From an uncultured Stakelama sp. (GTDB taxonomy: Bacteria > Pseudomonadota > Alphaproteobacteria > Sphingomonadales > Sphingomonadaceae): a stretch of 64,000 nt of DNA. The stretch is taken from assembly GCA_964390515.1 (NCBI GenBank), contig CAYMIU010000005.1, forward strand, positions 13,912 to 77,911. The letters run 5' to 3'. The translations under genes were made by a program, and so were the position numbers. Within the stretch, counting starts at the first letter, position 1. Every line of letters starts with the position of its first letter. The notes under the pieces are model-generated. The model did not search any database. It saw only the letters and a program-made list of their open reading frames with translations, and was not told where the DNA came from. Positions 28,512 through 37,162 of this stretch are shown here, in pieces.

Positions 28512-28964
28512 ATGTCACTCCTCCTTCTCGCCGCCGCCTCGATGATCGTCCCAGCCGGTGCGCGCTTCACCTGCACGCCGGTTGCGGTCTGGGACGGTGA
28601 TGGTCCGATATGGTGCGCGGAGGGTCCGCGGATCCGACTGGCCGGGATCGCCGCACGCGAGATCGACGGCAGCTGTCGGAAGGGTCACCCCTGCCCCGGT
28701 GAGTCCGGCCGAGCTGCGCGCGATCACCTCGTCCAGCTGCTTGGCGGGGCACGCGGCACGCGTCGAACGGGCCATGTCGTCGTGCGCGGTCCGGTGCTCA
28801 CCTGCCGATCGAACGGCGCTGCCCGCGGCACCCGAACCGGCGCTTTCTGCCGCTCCGCAACGACAGGCGACCTCTCCTGCGCGATGGTCCGGAGCGGCTA
28901 TGCACTCGCCTGGGCGCGCTATGACGGCAAGCTGGTCTGCCGATCGGACCAAGGCCATTCCTGA
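28512..28964 (+). CDS. Thermonuclease (SNase-like), probably exported
   Basis: VWDGDG, IRLAGIAARE, DLSCAMVRSGYA; hydrophobic N-terminus. Confidence 0.8.
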   Translation: MSLLLLAAASMIVPAGARFTCTPVAVWDGDGPIWCAEGPRIRLAGIAAREIDGSCRKGHPCPGESGRAARDHLVQLLGGARGTRRTGHVVVRGPVLTCRSNGAARGTRTGAFCRSATTGDLSCAMVRSGYALAWARYDGKLVCRSDQGHS

Positions 28965-29230
28965 TGTCGGAGCGGTGAGGGCTCAATCTCCACCAGCACC
29001 TGGAACCGTCCCCATCGCCGCCTGATCCCTATGGCGGTCGCGAACCGCTGCAACCCGCCGTTCAAGGCCCGTGTTGCGCCCGCGCTGACGCTTGGCGCTG
29101 CCCGCGCCAGCCTTGCCCGTCAGGTTCCCCTCCGGCCTGCCGGCCTCGGTGCATCGCCCCGCTGAAGCCCGCCATGGCCGGGTTCTGCGTCGACGGGAAC
29201 GGTCCCGGCGACCTTTCAGGAGCGAGCCTC

Positions 29231-29641
29231 ATGACCAACACCGTTCTTCTTGTCGGGAATCTCGGCACCGATCCCGAGACCCGCACCACCCGCGGCGAAA
29301 CCCGGGTCGTCAGCCTCAGCCTCGGCACCAGCCGGCCCAAGCGCGACAGCGAGGGCAAGACCTTCAAGGATGCGAGCGGCTTCACCGCCAAGGAAACCGA
29401 GTGGCACCGCATCACGTGCTTTAACGGCCTCGGCAAGACCGTCGCGCAGTACGCCACCAAGGGGATGATGCTCGCGGTGCGCGGTCGCATCCACTACAGC
29501 AAGTGGACCGATCGGGAGGGGGTCGAGCGGTACGGCTGCGAGATCATCGCCGAGGACGTGCAGTTCCTCAGCCGCGGCAAGCCGGCGAGCGCGGGTGATC
29601 CCGGAAGCCAGAACGACATCGACGACGACCTTCCCTTCTGA
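29231..29641 (+). CDS. ssb: Single-stranded DNA-binding protein
   Basis: NTVLLVGNLGTDPE, TEWHRI, VRGRI, C-terminal DDDLPF. Confidence 0.95.
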   Translation: MTNTVLLVGNLGTDPETRTTRGETRVVSLSLGTSRPKRDSEGKTFKDASGFTAKETEWHRITCFNGLGKTVAQYATKGMMLAVRGRIHYSKWTDREGVERYGCEIIAEDVQFLSRGKPASAGDPGSQNDIDDDLPF

Positions 29642-29652
29642 GCGGTCGGATC

Positions 29653-29681
29653 AGCCCCGGCGGCCATGCCGCCGGGGCTTT
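29653..29681 (+). terminator. Hairpin terminator after ssb
   Basis: AGCCCCGGCGGC-CAT-GCCGCCGGGGCT-TT. Confidence 0.65.
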
Positions 29682-29683
29682 CC

Positions 29684-29905
29684 TCATGCTTGCGGGCGGG
29701 TTCCAAAATGCCGCGCAACGATGGCGTCGAGCCGCCGCGTCAGCAGCCCGGCGAGCGCGAGCGCATCGCGCTCCGCATCGAACGGATCGCGCTCAAAGGC
29801 CGTGACGATCGCGTCGCGCAGCCAGTAGCTCGTCGACGGATCGGCAAGGATCGCCAGCAACTCGGCAACGTCCCCTGCCCCTCGACTTGGGTCAGGCCGG
29901 GTCAT
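29684..29905 (-). CDS. Small hypothetical protein (73 aa)
   Basis: MTRPDP..LADPSTSYWLRDAI..RDPFDAERDA; overlaps the upstream ORF. Confidence 0.6.
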   Translation of the reverse strand: MTRPDPSRGAGDVAELLAILADPSTSYWLRDAIVTAFERDPFDAERDALALAGLLTRRLDAIVARHFGTRPQA

Positions 29906-30161
29906 CGCCGCCTCCCGTTCCGGCCGACTTCGGCGCGCCTGCGGGGCCCGGACGCCGCTGCGGAACCGGGTTGTCGAGAGCGTGCCGGATCGCCTGACGG
30001 AGGCCTTCGGAACCCAAGGCGCCGCCGCCAGCGTCGAGCACGATGATGCCCAGCTCCAGGGCCGCCGCTTGGCGCAGGGCATCGCGCAAGCTCGCCAGCC
30101 GTCGTTCTTCTTCGTCATGTCGGGTGAGCGCATCGAGCGCGCTCGGCTTCTTCTTGGCCAC
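29892..30161 (-). CDS. Small hypothetical protein (89 aa)
   Basis: GTG start, AKKKPSALDALTRHDEEERRL..AALELGIIVL; upstream CTGTAGGAAAGTGC motif. Confidence 0.55.
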   Translation of the reverse strand: MAKKKPSALDALTRHDEEERRLASLRDALRQAAALELGIIVLDAGGGALGSEGLRQAIRHALDNPVPQRRPGPAGAPKSAGTGGGDDPA

Positions 30162-30390
30162 GACCAGTCTCCTGTCGGTCGAAGCCCCTTCCGACCTCTT
30201 CTTCGCCCAGGCGCGTGCCTGTAGGAAAGTGCTTTCTCGGTCGATCGGCCCAAGTCTTCTCCACGAGCGTGCCGCATCCAATCGGTCGTCGCGGGCATCG
30301 AGCCCGCGCCGACCGAGCTCTTCTACTCGCTCGACATGGGGAAGCATGACAGCGGCGAAGACCGGGCCTCAAGGACGACGGGGCCCCACC

Positions 30391-30450
30391 ATTTTTCCGG
30401 CCGATCGAGGTCAGCCCGTTCCAACGAGCGTCGCGCATGGCCGGAAAAAT
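30391..30450. repeat. 12-bp perfect inverted repeat within an extended stem-loop
   Basis: ATTTTTCCGGCC-N36-GGCCGGAAAAAT, extendable outward; further hairpin at 30477-30493. Confidence 0.75.
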
Positions 30451-30561
30451 CGTGACCCCCATCGCCGCTAACGCGGCCGCTCCTTCGGAGCGGTCCCTGA
30501 CCCCCGATCTTCCCCGCTGTCCCTCAGACGCCGTCTTTGACGAAGAATGAGAGGACGGACG

Positions 30562-30801
30562 ATGACCTTCTACAGCCCGATTACCACCACCGCCGCCGCT
30601 GCCACGGACCACGACGCCTATATGGCCGCCTACGCTAAGGCCGCGGCAAGGGCGCCGTACAGCTACTTCGACCAGCACATCATCCGCACCGACGATGGCT
30701 GCTACTGGGTTGCCGATGAAGGAGACTATGAGACGCTGTTGGCGGACCTGATTGACCGGATCGTCCACACCGTGCCCGCCGGCCGCAGCGACGAATACTA
30801 A
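30562..30801 (+). CDS. Small acidic hypothetical protein (79 aa), first leading-region gene
   Basis: SD GAGGA; followed by terminator GCGAGAGGG-N7-CCCTCTCGC-TTT (30806-30833). Confidence 0.65.
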   Translation: MTFYSPITTTAAAATDHDAYMAAYAKAAARAPYSYFDQHIIRTDDGCYWVADEGDYETLLADLIDRIVHTVPAGRSDEY

Positions 30802-30989
30802 GCCGGCGAGAGGGGCAGTCACCCTCTCGCTTTGCTCGTCCAGAGCACCTCCTTCCTCGCGCTAAACTCTCATCCTCCCGGCCATAGCCATCCCTTTGCG
30901 ATGGTGCGTTCACGCCGTCGGCGATCCCACCGGACACCGCATCGAAGCCCGATCGTCAGTCTATCATCCCCTACCGCAGCACCTAGACG

Positions 30990-31050
30990 ATATGGCGCAA
31001 AGGGAGCACACCCTATGCGGCAAGCTCGCAGGATAAGAGTTTGAGGAACC
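30990..31050 (-). other. Candidate oriT / nic site (MOBF)
   Basis: Minus strand TTGCCGCATAGGGTGT^GCTCCC resembles the F nic (TTTGCGTGGGGTGT^GGTGC). It lies in the gap just before the RHH-traD-relaxase operon and its polarity fits the leading region. Confidence 0.45.
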
Positions 31051-31241
31051 CCGCCAAAAGCCGTCCCACGCCCACATGCATTTCGTGGTTCTTTGTGGGG
31101 CCGTGGCTAAGCCATTGTTTTCGGCTGAAGGATAGTTGAAGCCGAACCGCGAAAAGCGTTTTCCTACAGCCCCCGGCCGCTGCTAGACGAACCCTGCCTT
31201 GCGACGCGCGACCATGCTCCTCCGGCATACCGGAGTCGTGC

Positions 31242-31532
31242 ATGTCATATCATCAGTTCATCACCGTTCGCATGAGCGGAGCGATGCGCGCCGAGCTCGA
31301 CCAACTCGTTGCAAGTCGCAGGACCGACATCGGCAAACTCGTCCGCGAGCTGATCGCTCGCGAACTGCATGCTGCCCCTGATCGGATCGGGGAGGCGCTG
31401 GGACAGCTGCTGTTCGTAGCCATCGCGCTCGACGAGCTCCTTGCCGCCCATGCCGATCCCAATCTGCGCGCGACCGTGATCCGCCTGTGGCGCGACGCGA
31501 CCTCCGAGGAGGGCCGGTTTCATGCGGCATAA
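31242..31532 (+). CDS. Ribbon-helix-helix relaxosome accessory protein (TrwA-like position)
   Basis: FITVRMSGAMRAELDQLV..IGKLVRELI RHH pattern; overlaps traD. Confidence 0.65.
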   Translation: MSYHQFITVRMSGAMRAELDQLVASRRTDIGKLVRELIARELHAAPDRIGEALGQLLFVAIALDELLAAHADPNLRATVIRLWRDATSEEGRFHAA

Positions 31533-33825
31533 GCTCGTCAACTTCACCCGCGGCAGCCAGCTGATCGGGCATTTCGGCTTTATGTTCGCGGCCGGTCTCA
31601 AGGGGCCCGCCCTGGTCGCCACGGCAGTGTTCGCGGGCCTGATCTGGTGGCGGGTCACCGCCGCCCTGAGCGATGCCGAGAGCTATTTATCGTGGATGCG
31701 ACTTTATGTCGCGGGCTACACCTGGTTCGAGTTCGACCCCACCAAGACCGTCAACCTAGCACGCGACGGCACCCCTATCCTCGTGCCGATCGCGCGCGCC
31801 GCCGGTCACCCGCTGATGGCAGCCGCCTGGACCAAATGCATGATCGCGGTGCGCAGCGGTGCCATTCTCGCGGCCGCTATCACCTTACCAGCGACCGTCG
31901 CCTTCGCCTGGGTAGCGGCATGGTTCGGCCGTCGCTCAAAGGAGAGCCGGCACGAGCGCGGAGCGACTCTGGCAACCTTGCCGGCGCTGGTGACGGAGGT
32001 CGAGGGGCACAATCGGGTCGAGCGAGCGACCGAATATCGGCGTATCCTCGGGGCCGGATGGCGCTTGTCGTCGACAGCCGAACGTCAGGCAGCGAACCTC
32101 TACGAACCCTATTCGCTCGCCGGCGTGCCATTTCCGTGGCGCCTCGAGCAGAGCCACGTCATGCTGATCGGCACGACCGGTACGGGCAAGACCGTCTGCC
32201 TGCGCGACTTGCTCGCCCAGGTCCGCGCGCGACGGCACCGCGCCGTCATCTTCGATCTCACCGGCGCGTTCATCGAAGCCTTCTTCGATCCCGCACGCGA
32301 CGTCATTCTGAACCCGCTCGACGCCCGTTGCCCGCAATGGTCGGTGTTCGAAGACTGCGTCGACGAGGCCGGCTTCACGGCGGCAGCCGAGGCGCTGGTG
32401 CCGCATGACGGCGGCGGCGCCGAGCAGTTCTGGGTGCTCGCGGCACGCATGCTGTTCGTCGAAATGTGCCTCAAGCTTGCTGCCGAGGGGCGAACGACGA
32501 ACCTCGCGCTGTCGACCGAATTGATGACCGCAAGCCTAGCGCATGTGCACCAGCTTATGCAGGGCACGGTCGCCGACCCGCTGACTGCGCCGGAGGCGGC
32601 CCGAATGGCGGAGTCGATCAGGGCGGTCTTCAACGCCAACGCCAAGGCGCTACGCATGCTGCCGGTCGATGGCCCTCGCTTCTCGGTGCGACGCTGGGTC
32701 GAGGGCGAAGGGGAAGCCGGCGGCTTTCTGTTCGTCTCGGCGCGCTACGTCGACATGGCGGTGGCCTCGCGACTGCTGACCGTCTGGATGGATACGGCGA
32801 TGAACACGCTGATGGCCGGCCCGCGCACGCCCGACCTGAAGCTCTGGTTCCTGTTCGATGAGCTGGGTGCTCTGCACCGGTTACCGGCGCTCGAGAAGGG
32901 GCTTCAGACCGCCCGCAACTATGGTGGCGCGATCGTCGCCGGCGTTCATGCCTATGCCAAGCTCAAGGAGACCTACGGCGACAACATGGCGATGACCTTG
33001 GCTGCGCTCGCCCGAACCAAGCTGGTGCTCGCCACCGCCGATCGGGAGTCCGCCACCTGGTGCTCCGATTTCATCGGACACCGCCAATATCGCGAGATGG
33101 AGGAGGGCTATAGCTACGGCTACAACAATGCTCGCGACGCCGTCAGTCTCACGCCGCGACGGCAGATCGAGCCGCTCCTGCTGCCTGATCAGCTGATGAA
33201 CCTGCCGCGCCTCCAGGGCTATCTGAAGTTTCCGGACGGCTTCCCGGCCGCGCCAATCCGGCTCGACTATGTGGGCTTCCCGACCATTGCGGCTCCGTTC
33301 GAGCCAAGACACGCACATAGCTTCCGAACGCCACAGGGATCGCCGTCTTCGGGAGGTGAAGCCGGAGGCAATGAGGCGCCTGGATCAAGCGATCAGGGTC
33401 CTGGCGCACGCGATGCGCGGGAGCATGATATCGACGCATCGCGCGAGCCTTTGACCGACCGGAGCGATCGTCACGAAGAAGAACCAGTAGCGGCGACGGA
33501 TCCGACGTTGAACCCTGCCCTCGTCCGATCGAGCCAAAGGACCGTGGGGCCGAGACCGGAACAGGGGCCTGCGGAAGGACCACTTAACAGTCCACACCGA
33601 CCGGCGCTGCCGAAGCCTCCTGGATCGGGTGGCGTTCAGATCACGCCAGCCAGCAACGCTCCCGAGGAAGTGCAACGCGGCAACATGTTCGTCCCGGGCA
33701 AGCGCGATCCCGGCGCCGACGTGCGCACCCCGGCATCGCCCGAGAACGTCACCCGCCGCGAACTCCGCGAGGGCATCGCGCCGTCCGAAGATCGGACGAT
33801 CGACCAGCCTGATCTCGGCTTCTGA
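31522..33825 (+). CDS. traD: Type IV coupling protein (TraD/TrwB)
   Basis: Two N-terminal TMs, LIGTTGTGKT Walker A, LFDELGAL Walker B, acidic/Pro-rich tail. Confidence 0.93.
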   Translation: MRHKLVNFTRGSQLIGHFGFMFAAGLKGPALVATAVFAGLIWWRVTAALSDAESYLSWMRLYVAGYTWFEFDPTKTVNLARDGTPILVPIARAAGHPLMAAAWTKCMIAVRSGAILAAAITLPATVAFAWVAAWFGRRSKESRHERGATLATLPALVTEVEGHNRVERATEYRRILGAGWRLSSTAERQAANLYEPYSLAGVPFPWRLEQSHVMLIGTTGTGKTVCLRDLLAQVRARRHRAVIFDLTGAFIEAFFDPARDVILNPLDARCPQWSVFEDCVDEAGFTAAAEALVPHDGGGAEQFWVLAARMLFVEMCLKLAAEGRTTNLALSTELMTASLAHVHQLMQGTVADPLTAPEAARMAESIRAVFNANAKALRMLPVDGPRFSVRRWVEGEGEAGGFLFVSARYVDMAVASRLLTVWMDTAMNTLMAGPRTPDLKLWFLFDELGALHRLPALEKGLQTARNYGGAIVAGVHAYAKLKETYGDNMAMTLAALARTKLVLATADRESATWCSDFIGHRQYREMEEGYSYGYNNARDAVSLTPRRQIEPLLLPDQLMNLPRLQGYLKFPDGFPAAPIRLDYVGFPTIAAPFEPRHAHSFRTPQGSPSSGGEAGGNEAPGSSDQGPGARDAREHDIDASREPLTDRSDRHEEEPVAATDPTLNPALVRSSQRTVGPRPEQGPAEGPLNSPHRPALPKPPGSGGVQITPASNAPEEVQRGNMFVPGKRDPGADVRTPASPENVTRRELREGIAPSEDRTIDQPDLGF

Positions 33826-33831
33826 CCCGCC

Positions 33832-36750
33832 ATGCTGTCGGTCGCGAGCGTCAGGTCCGCCAAGGGCGCTGCCGGCTACTTCGCGGCCGACAACTATTAT
33901 GCCGGGAGCGAGGCGGAGGCTGCCGGCGAGTGGGTCGGCAAGGGTGCAGAGGTGCTTGGTCTGACCGGCAAGGTCGACCAGGCAACCTTCGAGGCGTTGC
34001 TCCGAGGTACCCTGCCGAACGGCGCCCAGATCGGCTCGCCAGAGCGGCACAGTGCCGGGGTGGACCTCACCTTCTCGTTGCCCAAGAGCTGGTCCCTGCT
34101 GGCCTTGGTCGGGGGCGATCGGCGGATCGTCGAGGCGTACCGTGCGGCGGTCAAGGACACACTCGCCTGGGCCGAACACAACGCCGCAGAGACGCGGATG
34201 GAGGTGCGCGGCCGCGAAAAGGTCGTCGCGACAGGCAATCTCGTGGCGGCGCTGTTCGAGCACGACACCAGCCGCGCGCAGGACCCGCAAGCGCACCTCC
34301 ACGCCGTTGTGGCGAATGTGACCCAAGGCCCCGACGGAAAGTGGCGCGCACTCCACAACGGCAAGCTGTGGCAACTCAACACGCTGCTCAACGCCATCGC
34401 GATGGCGGGCTTCCGCGAGCGGGTGGAGGCCCTCGGCTACACGCTCGGCGACCGGACGAAGCACGGCAATTTCGAAGCGGCTGGGCTCACTCGCAACATG
34501 TTGATGGCGTTCAGCACGCGCCGTCAGCAGATCCTCGCCAAGGTCGACGAGCTCGGCAACCGAAGCCCGGCTGCGTTCGATGCGGCGACACTGATGACGC
34601 GACCCGCCAAGGCGGCCGTCGCGGACCGGGCCGATCTCTACGCCGCCTGGCGAACCAGTGCTGCCGAAGCCGGCATCGATCTCCAGGCGATCATCGCCGG
34701 AGCAGACCGACAGGCAAACGTCGAAGCATCGCCATGGTCGCGGCTTGCGGCCTTTGCTGGGCAGACCGCGACCAGGGGCCGGGAGCTTGTCCTTGCCGTG
34801 CAGCGCAAGCTCGGGATCGAGAAAGCCGATCCCTACCTGCCACGCTACACCAAGGGGATGAGCGCGTCCGACGTCGCCGCCTCGCACGCCGTTGCGTCTG
34901 CAATCCGCCACCTCGAAGAGCGGGAGGCGGCCTTCCTGAAGACCGATATCCTCAAGGCGGCGCTCGACACAGGGCTGCCCGTCGGCATCGACGCCGTCGA
35001 GCAAAAGGTCGAGGCGCTGCTCACGTCGGGACGCATCGTCGCGGGTGCCGGACGACGGGCCGACATGGTCACGACCGCGCGCGCGATCGAAACCGAAAGG
35101 GCGATGTTGGCGGGTGTCGAGACCGGTCGCGCGGCCGGCAAGATCTATCTCGCCGCCGATCGAGCCGGACCCCTTCTCGATGCCGCGGCGCAGGCGCGCG
35201 CTGCGATCATCCTCAATCCGGGGCAGCGCGCCGCCGGCATGATGCTGCTGAGCTCGGACGATCGGATCATCGCGATCCAGGGCGTGGCCGGTGCCGGCAA
35301 GAGCAGCGTGCTCGCGCCGGTCGCCGACCTGATACGGGCGGAAGGCAAGCCGGTCCTGGGGCTCGCGGTCCAGAACACTCTCGTGCAGATGCTGCAGCGG
35401 GAAACCGGGATCGAATCGATGACGGTTGCGCGCTTCCTGAAGGCGCATGATCGACTCCTCGCGCCCTCCCCTGATCGCACAGGGCTGTCGGCAGCGCGCG
35501 CGAGCCTCGGCGGCGCCGCGATCCTCGTCGACGAGGCCTCGATGCTCTCCAACGCCGATCAGCTGAAGCTGGTCAGGCTCGCCAACCTGATCGGTGTCGG
35601 GCGATTGGCGTTCGTCGGCGACGCCCGGCAGCTGGGTGCGGTCGATGCCGGCAAGCCCTTCTCCGTCATGCAGCAGGCGGGCGCGCCGACCGCGCAGATG
35701 AGCCAGAACCTGCGCGCCCGCGGGGAGGCTGTTCGGACCGCAGCAGCCGCCGCGCAGATCGGTGCCATCGATCGGGCGATGGAAGCTCTCGCACCATACA
35801 CGATCGAAGCGCCCGAGCGGGCCAGCGCCGAAGCCGCCGAGCGCTGGCTGGCGCTCGATCCCGTCGATCGCGCGCGGACCGCGATCTACGCGTCGGGGCG
35901 TCGGCTCCGCGCGGAGGTCAACGAGAAGGTGCAGCAAGGCCTGGTTGAACGCGGCGAGATCGGCCCGGGCAAGCTTGTCCTGACCGTGCTGGATAGGGTC
36001 AGCGTCACGAGTGAGGAGCTTCGCCGCCCGCAGACCTATACCGAAGGCATGGTGGTGGAGATCAGTCGCGCTCAATCTGCCCAGCGGCTCCCGCGCGCCC
36101 GGGCGACCGTCGAGCAGGTGGATGCCGGAACAGGCACTGTGACCCTGCGCCTCTCGCGCGGCGCCACGCGCACCTTTCGACCCGATCGGTTGCGGATCAG
36201 GGCGGGCGAGAGCTCGTTCCAGCTTTTCGAGCCGAAGCGGCTGGAGCTGCACGAGCAGGATCGTATCCGCTGGACCGCCAACGACCATGACCGGAAGCTG
36301 TTTAACGCCGATCAGGCGCGGGTCACTGCCATTCTCGATGGTCGGGTGACGCTCGAAACGAGTCAGGGTCACCGGGTCACCTTGAAGCCGGACGACCCGA
36401 TGCTCCAGCGCCTCGATCTCGCCTACGCGCTCAACGCTCACATGGCGCAGGGGCTGACGTCGGATCGTGGTATCGCGGTCATGGAGACGCGCGACACCAA
36501 GCTCGTCAACCAACAGACCTTCCTCGTGACGGTCACGCGATTGCGCGACGCATTGACGCTGGTCGTCGATCGCGCGGACAAGCTCGAGCGTCAGCTTACC
36601 CGCAACGCGGGCGGCAAGACGTCCGCGCTGGAGACCAGTGGCGGGCTGAGAATTGGCGCTGCCGATATCGAAAGACAGCGACCAACCGCACCGGAGAAGG
36701 TGCCGGACCTCGACCCTGGACGGACCAAGCCGTACGACATCGGCATCTGA
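33832..36750 (+). CDS. trwC: MOBF relaxase-helicase (TrwC/TraI)
   Basis: MLSV..AGYF..DNYY, DLTFSLPKSWS, HDTSRAQDPQAHLHAVV 3H motif, QGVAGAGKS, VDEAS, AHMAQGLT. Confidence 0.95.
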   Translation: MLSVASVRSAKGAAGYFAADNYYAGSEAEAAGEWVGKGAEVLGLTGKVDQATFEALLRGTLPNGAQIGSPERHSAGVDLTFSLPKSWSLLALVGGDRRIVEAYRAAVKDTLAWAEHNAAETRMEVRGREKVVATGNLVAALFEHDTSRAQDPQAHLHAVVANVTQGPDGKWRALHNGKLWQLNTLLNAIAMAGFRERVEALGYTLGDRTKHGNFEAAGLTRNMLMAFSTRRQQILAKVDELGNRSPAAFDAATLMTRPAKAAVADRADLYAAWRTSAAEAGIDLQAIIAGADRQANVEASPWSRLAAFAGQTATRGRELVLAVQRKLGIEKADPYLPRYTKGMSASDVAASHAVASAIRHLEEREAAFLKTDILKAALDTGLPVGIDAVEQKVEALLTSGRIVAGAGRRADMVTTARAIETERAMLAGVETGRAAGKIYLAADRAGPLLDAAAQARAAIILNPGQRAAGMMLLSSDDRIIAIQGVAGAGKSSVLAPVADLIRAEGKPVLGLAVQNTLVQMLQRETGIESMTVARFLKAHDRLLAPSPDRTGLSAARASLGGAAILVDEASMLSNADQLKLVRLANLIGVGRLAFVGDARQLGAVDAGKPFSVMQQAGAPTAQMSQNLRARGEAVRTAAAAAQIGAIDRAMEALAPYTIEAPERASAEAAERWLALDPVDRARTAIYASGRRLRAEVNEKVQQGLVERGEIGPGKLVLTVLDRVSVTSEELRRPQTYTEGMVVEISRAQSAQRLPRARATVEQVDAGTGTVTLRLSRGATRTFRPDRLRIRAGESSFQLFEPKRLELHEQDRIRWTANDHDRKLFNADQARVTAILDGRVTLETSQGHRVTLKPDDPMLQRLDLAYALNAHMAQGLTSDRGIAVMETRDTKLVNQQTFLVTVTRLRDALTLVVDRADKLERQLTRNAGGKTSALETSGGLRIGAADIERQRPTAPEKVPDLDPGRTKPYDIGI

Positions 36751-37162
36751 ACGGCTGCCGCCGTTCATGCGAGTGGACTGACCGCTCGAGGAGGGGCAGT
36801 ATCGCGGAACGACCTAGGTTGGGACTTTGCTGCCGTTCCTGCCCGGCTAGCTAAACGTCTGTTTTCGACATGAGCCGACGTACGCGCGCTTGGTGAGTTA
36901 AGATCGGCTTTCAGCGAGCAATGGCCTACCCGCTGTTGGCGTAATGACCCACAAAAAACAGCCACTCAGAGTCATCTCATCATTGCTTGAAGGCGGTCAC
37001 TCGTTCATCTTCTTCTGACTGCGGCAGCAACATACTCGACCGAGGTCCGCTAACCTCCACACCTTCCACGACATTTTTTGCGACTTCTTTGTGGCTTCGC
37101 CTATCAGAGATAAGCCTCCTTTGATCACAGGAAAGCCGCTTTCATATGAACGGCGGACGAAG

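Larger units (their letters stand above)
14891..36750. mobile_element. Backbone of a MOBF/F-type conjugative element (leading region + Dtr module); continues with traG at the right edge
   Basis: Relaxase, coupling protein, ssb, ardC, parB, toprim, MTase-helicase, SLT, traG. Confidence 0.85.

Noticed and set aside
33385-36768. 1127-aa minus-strand ORF
   Set aside because: Antisense to the relaxase; no motifs; expected from GC-rich codon bias.
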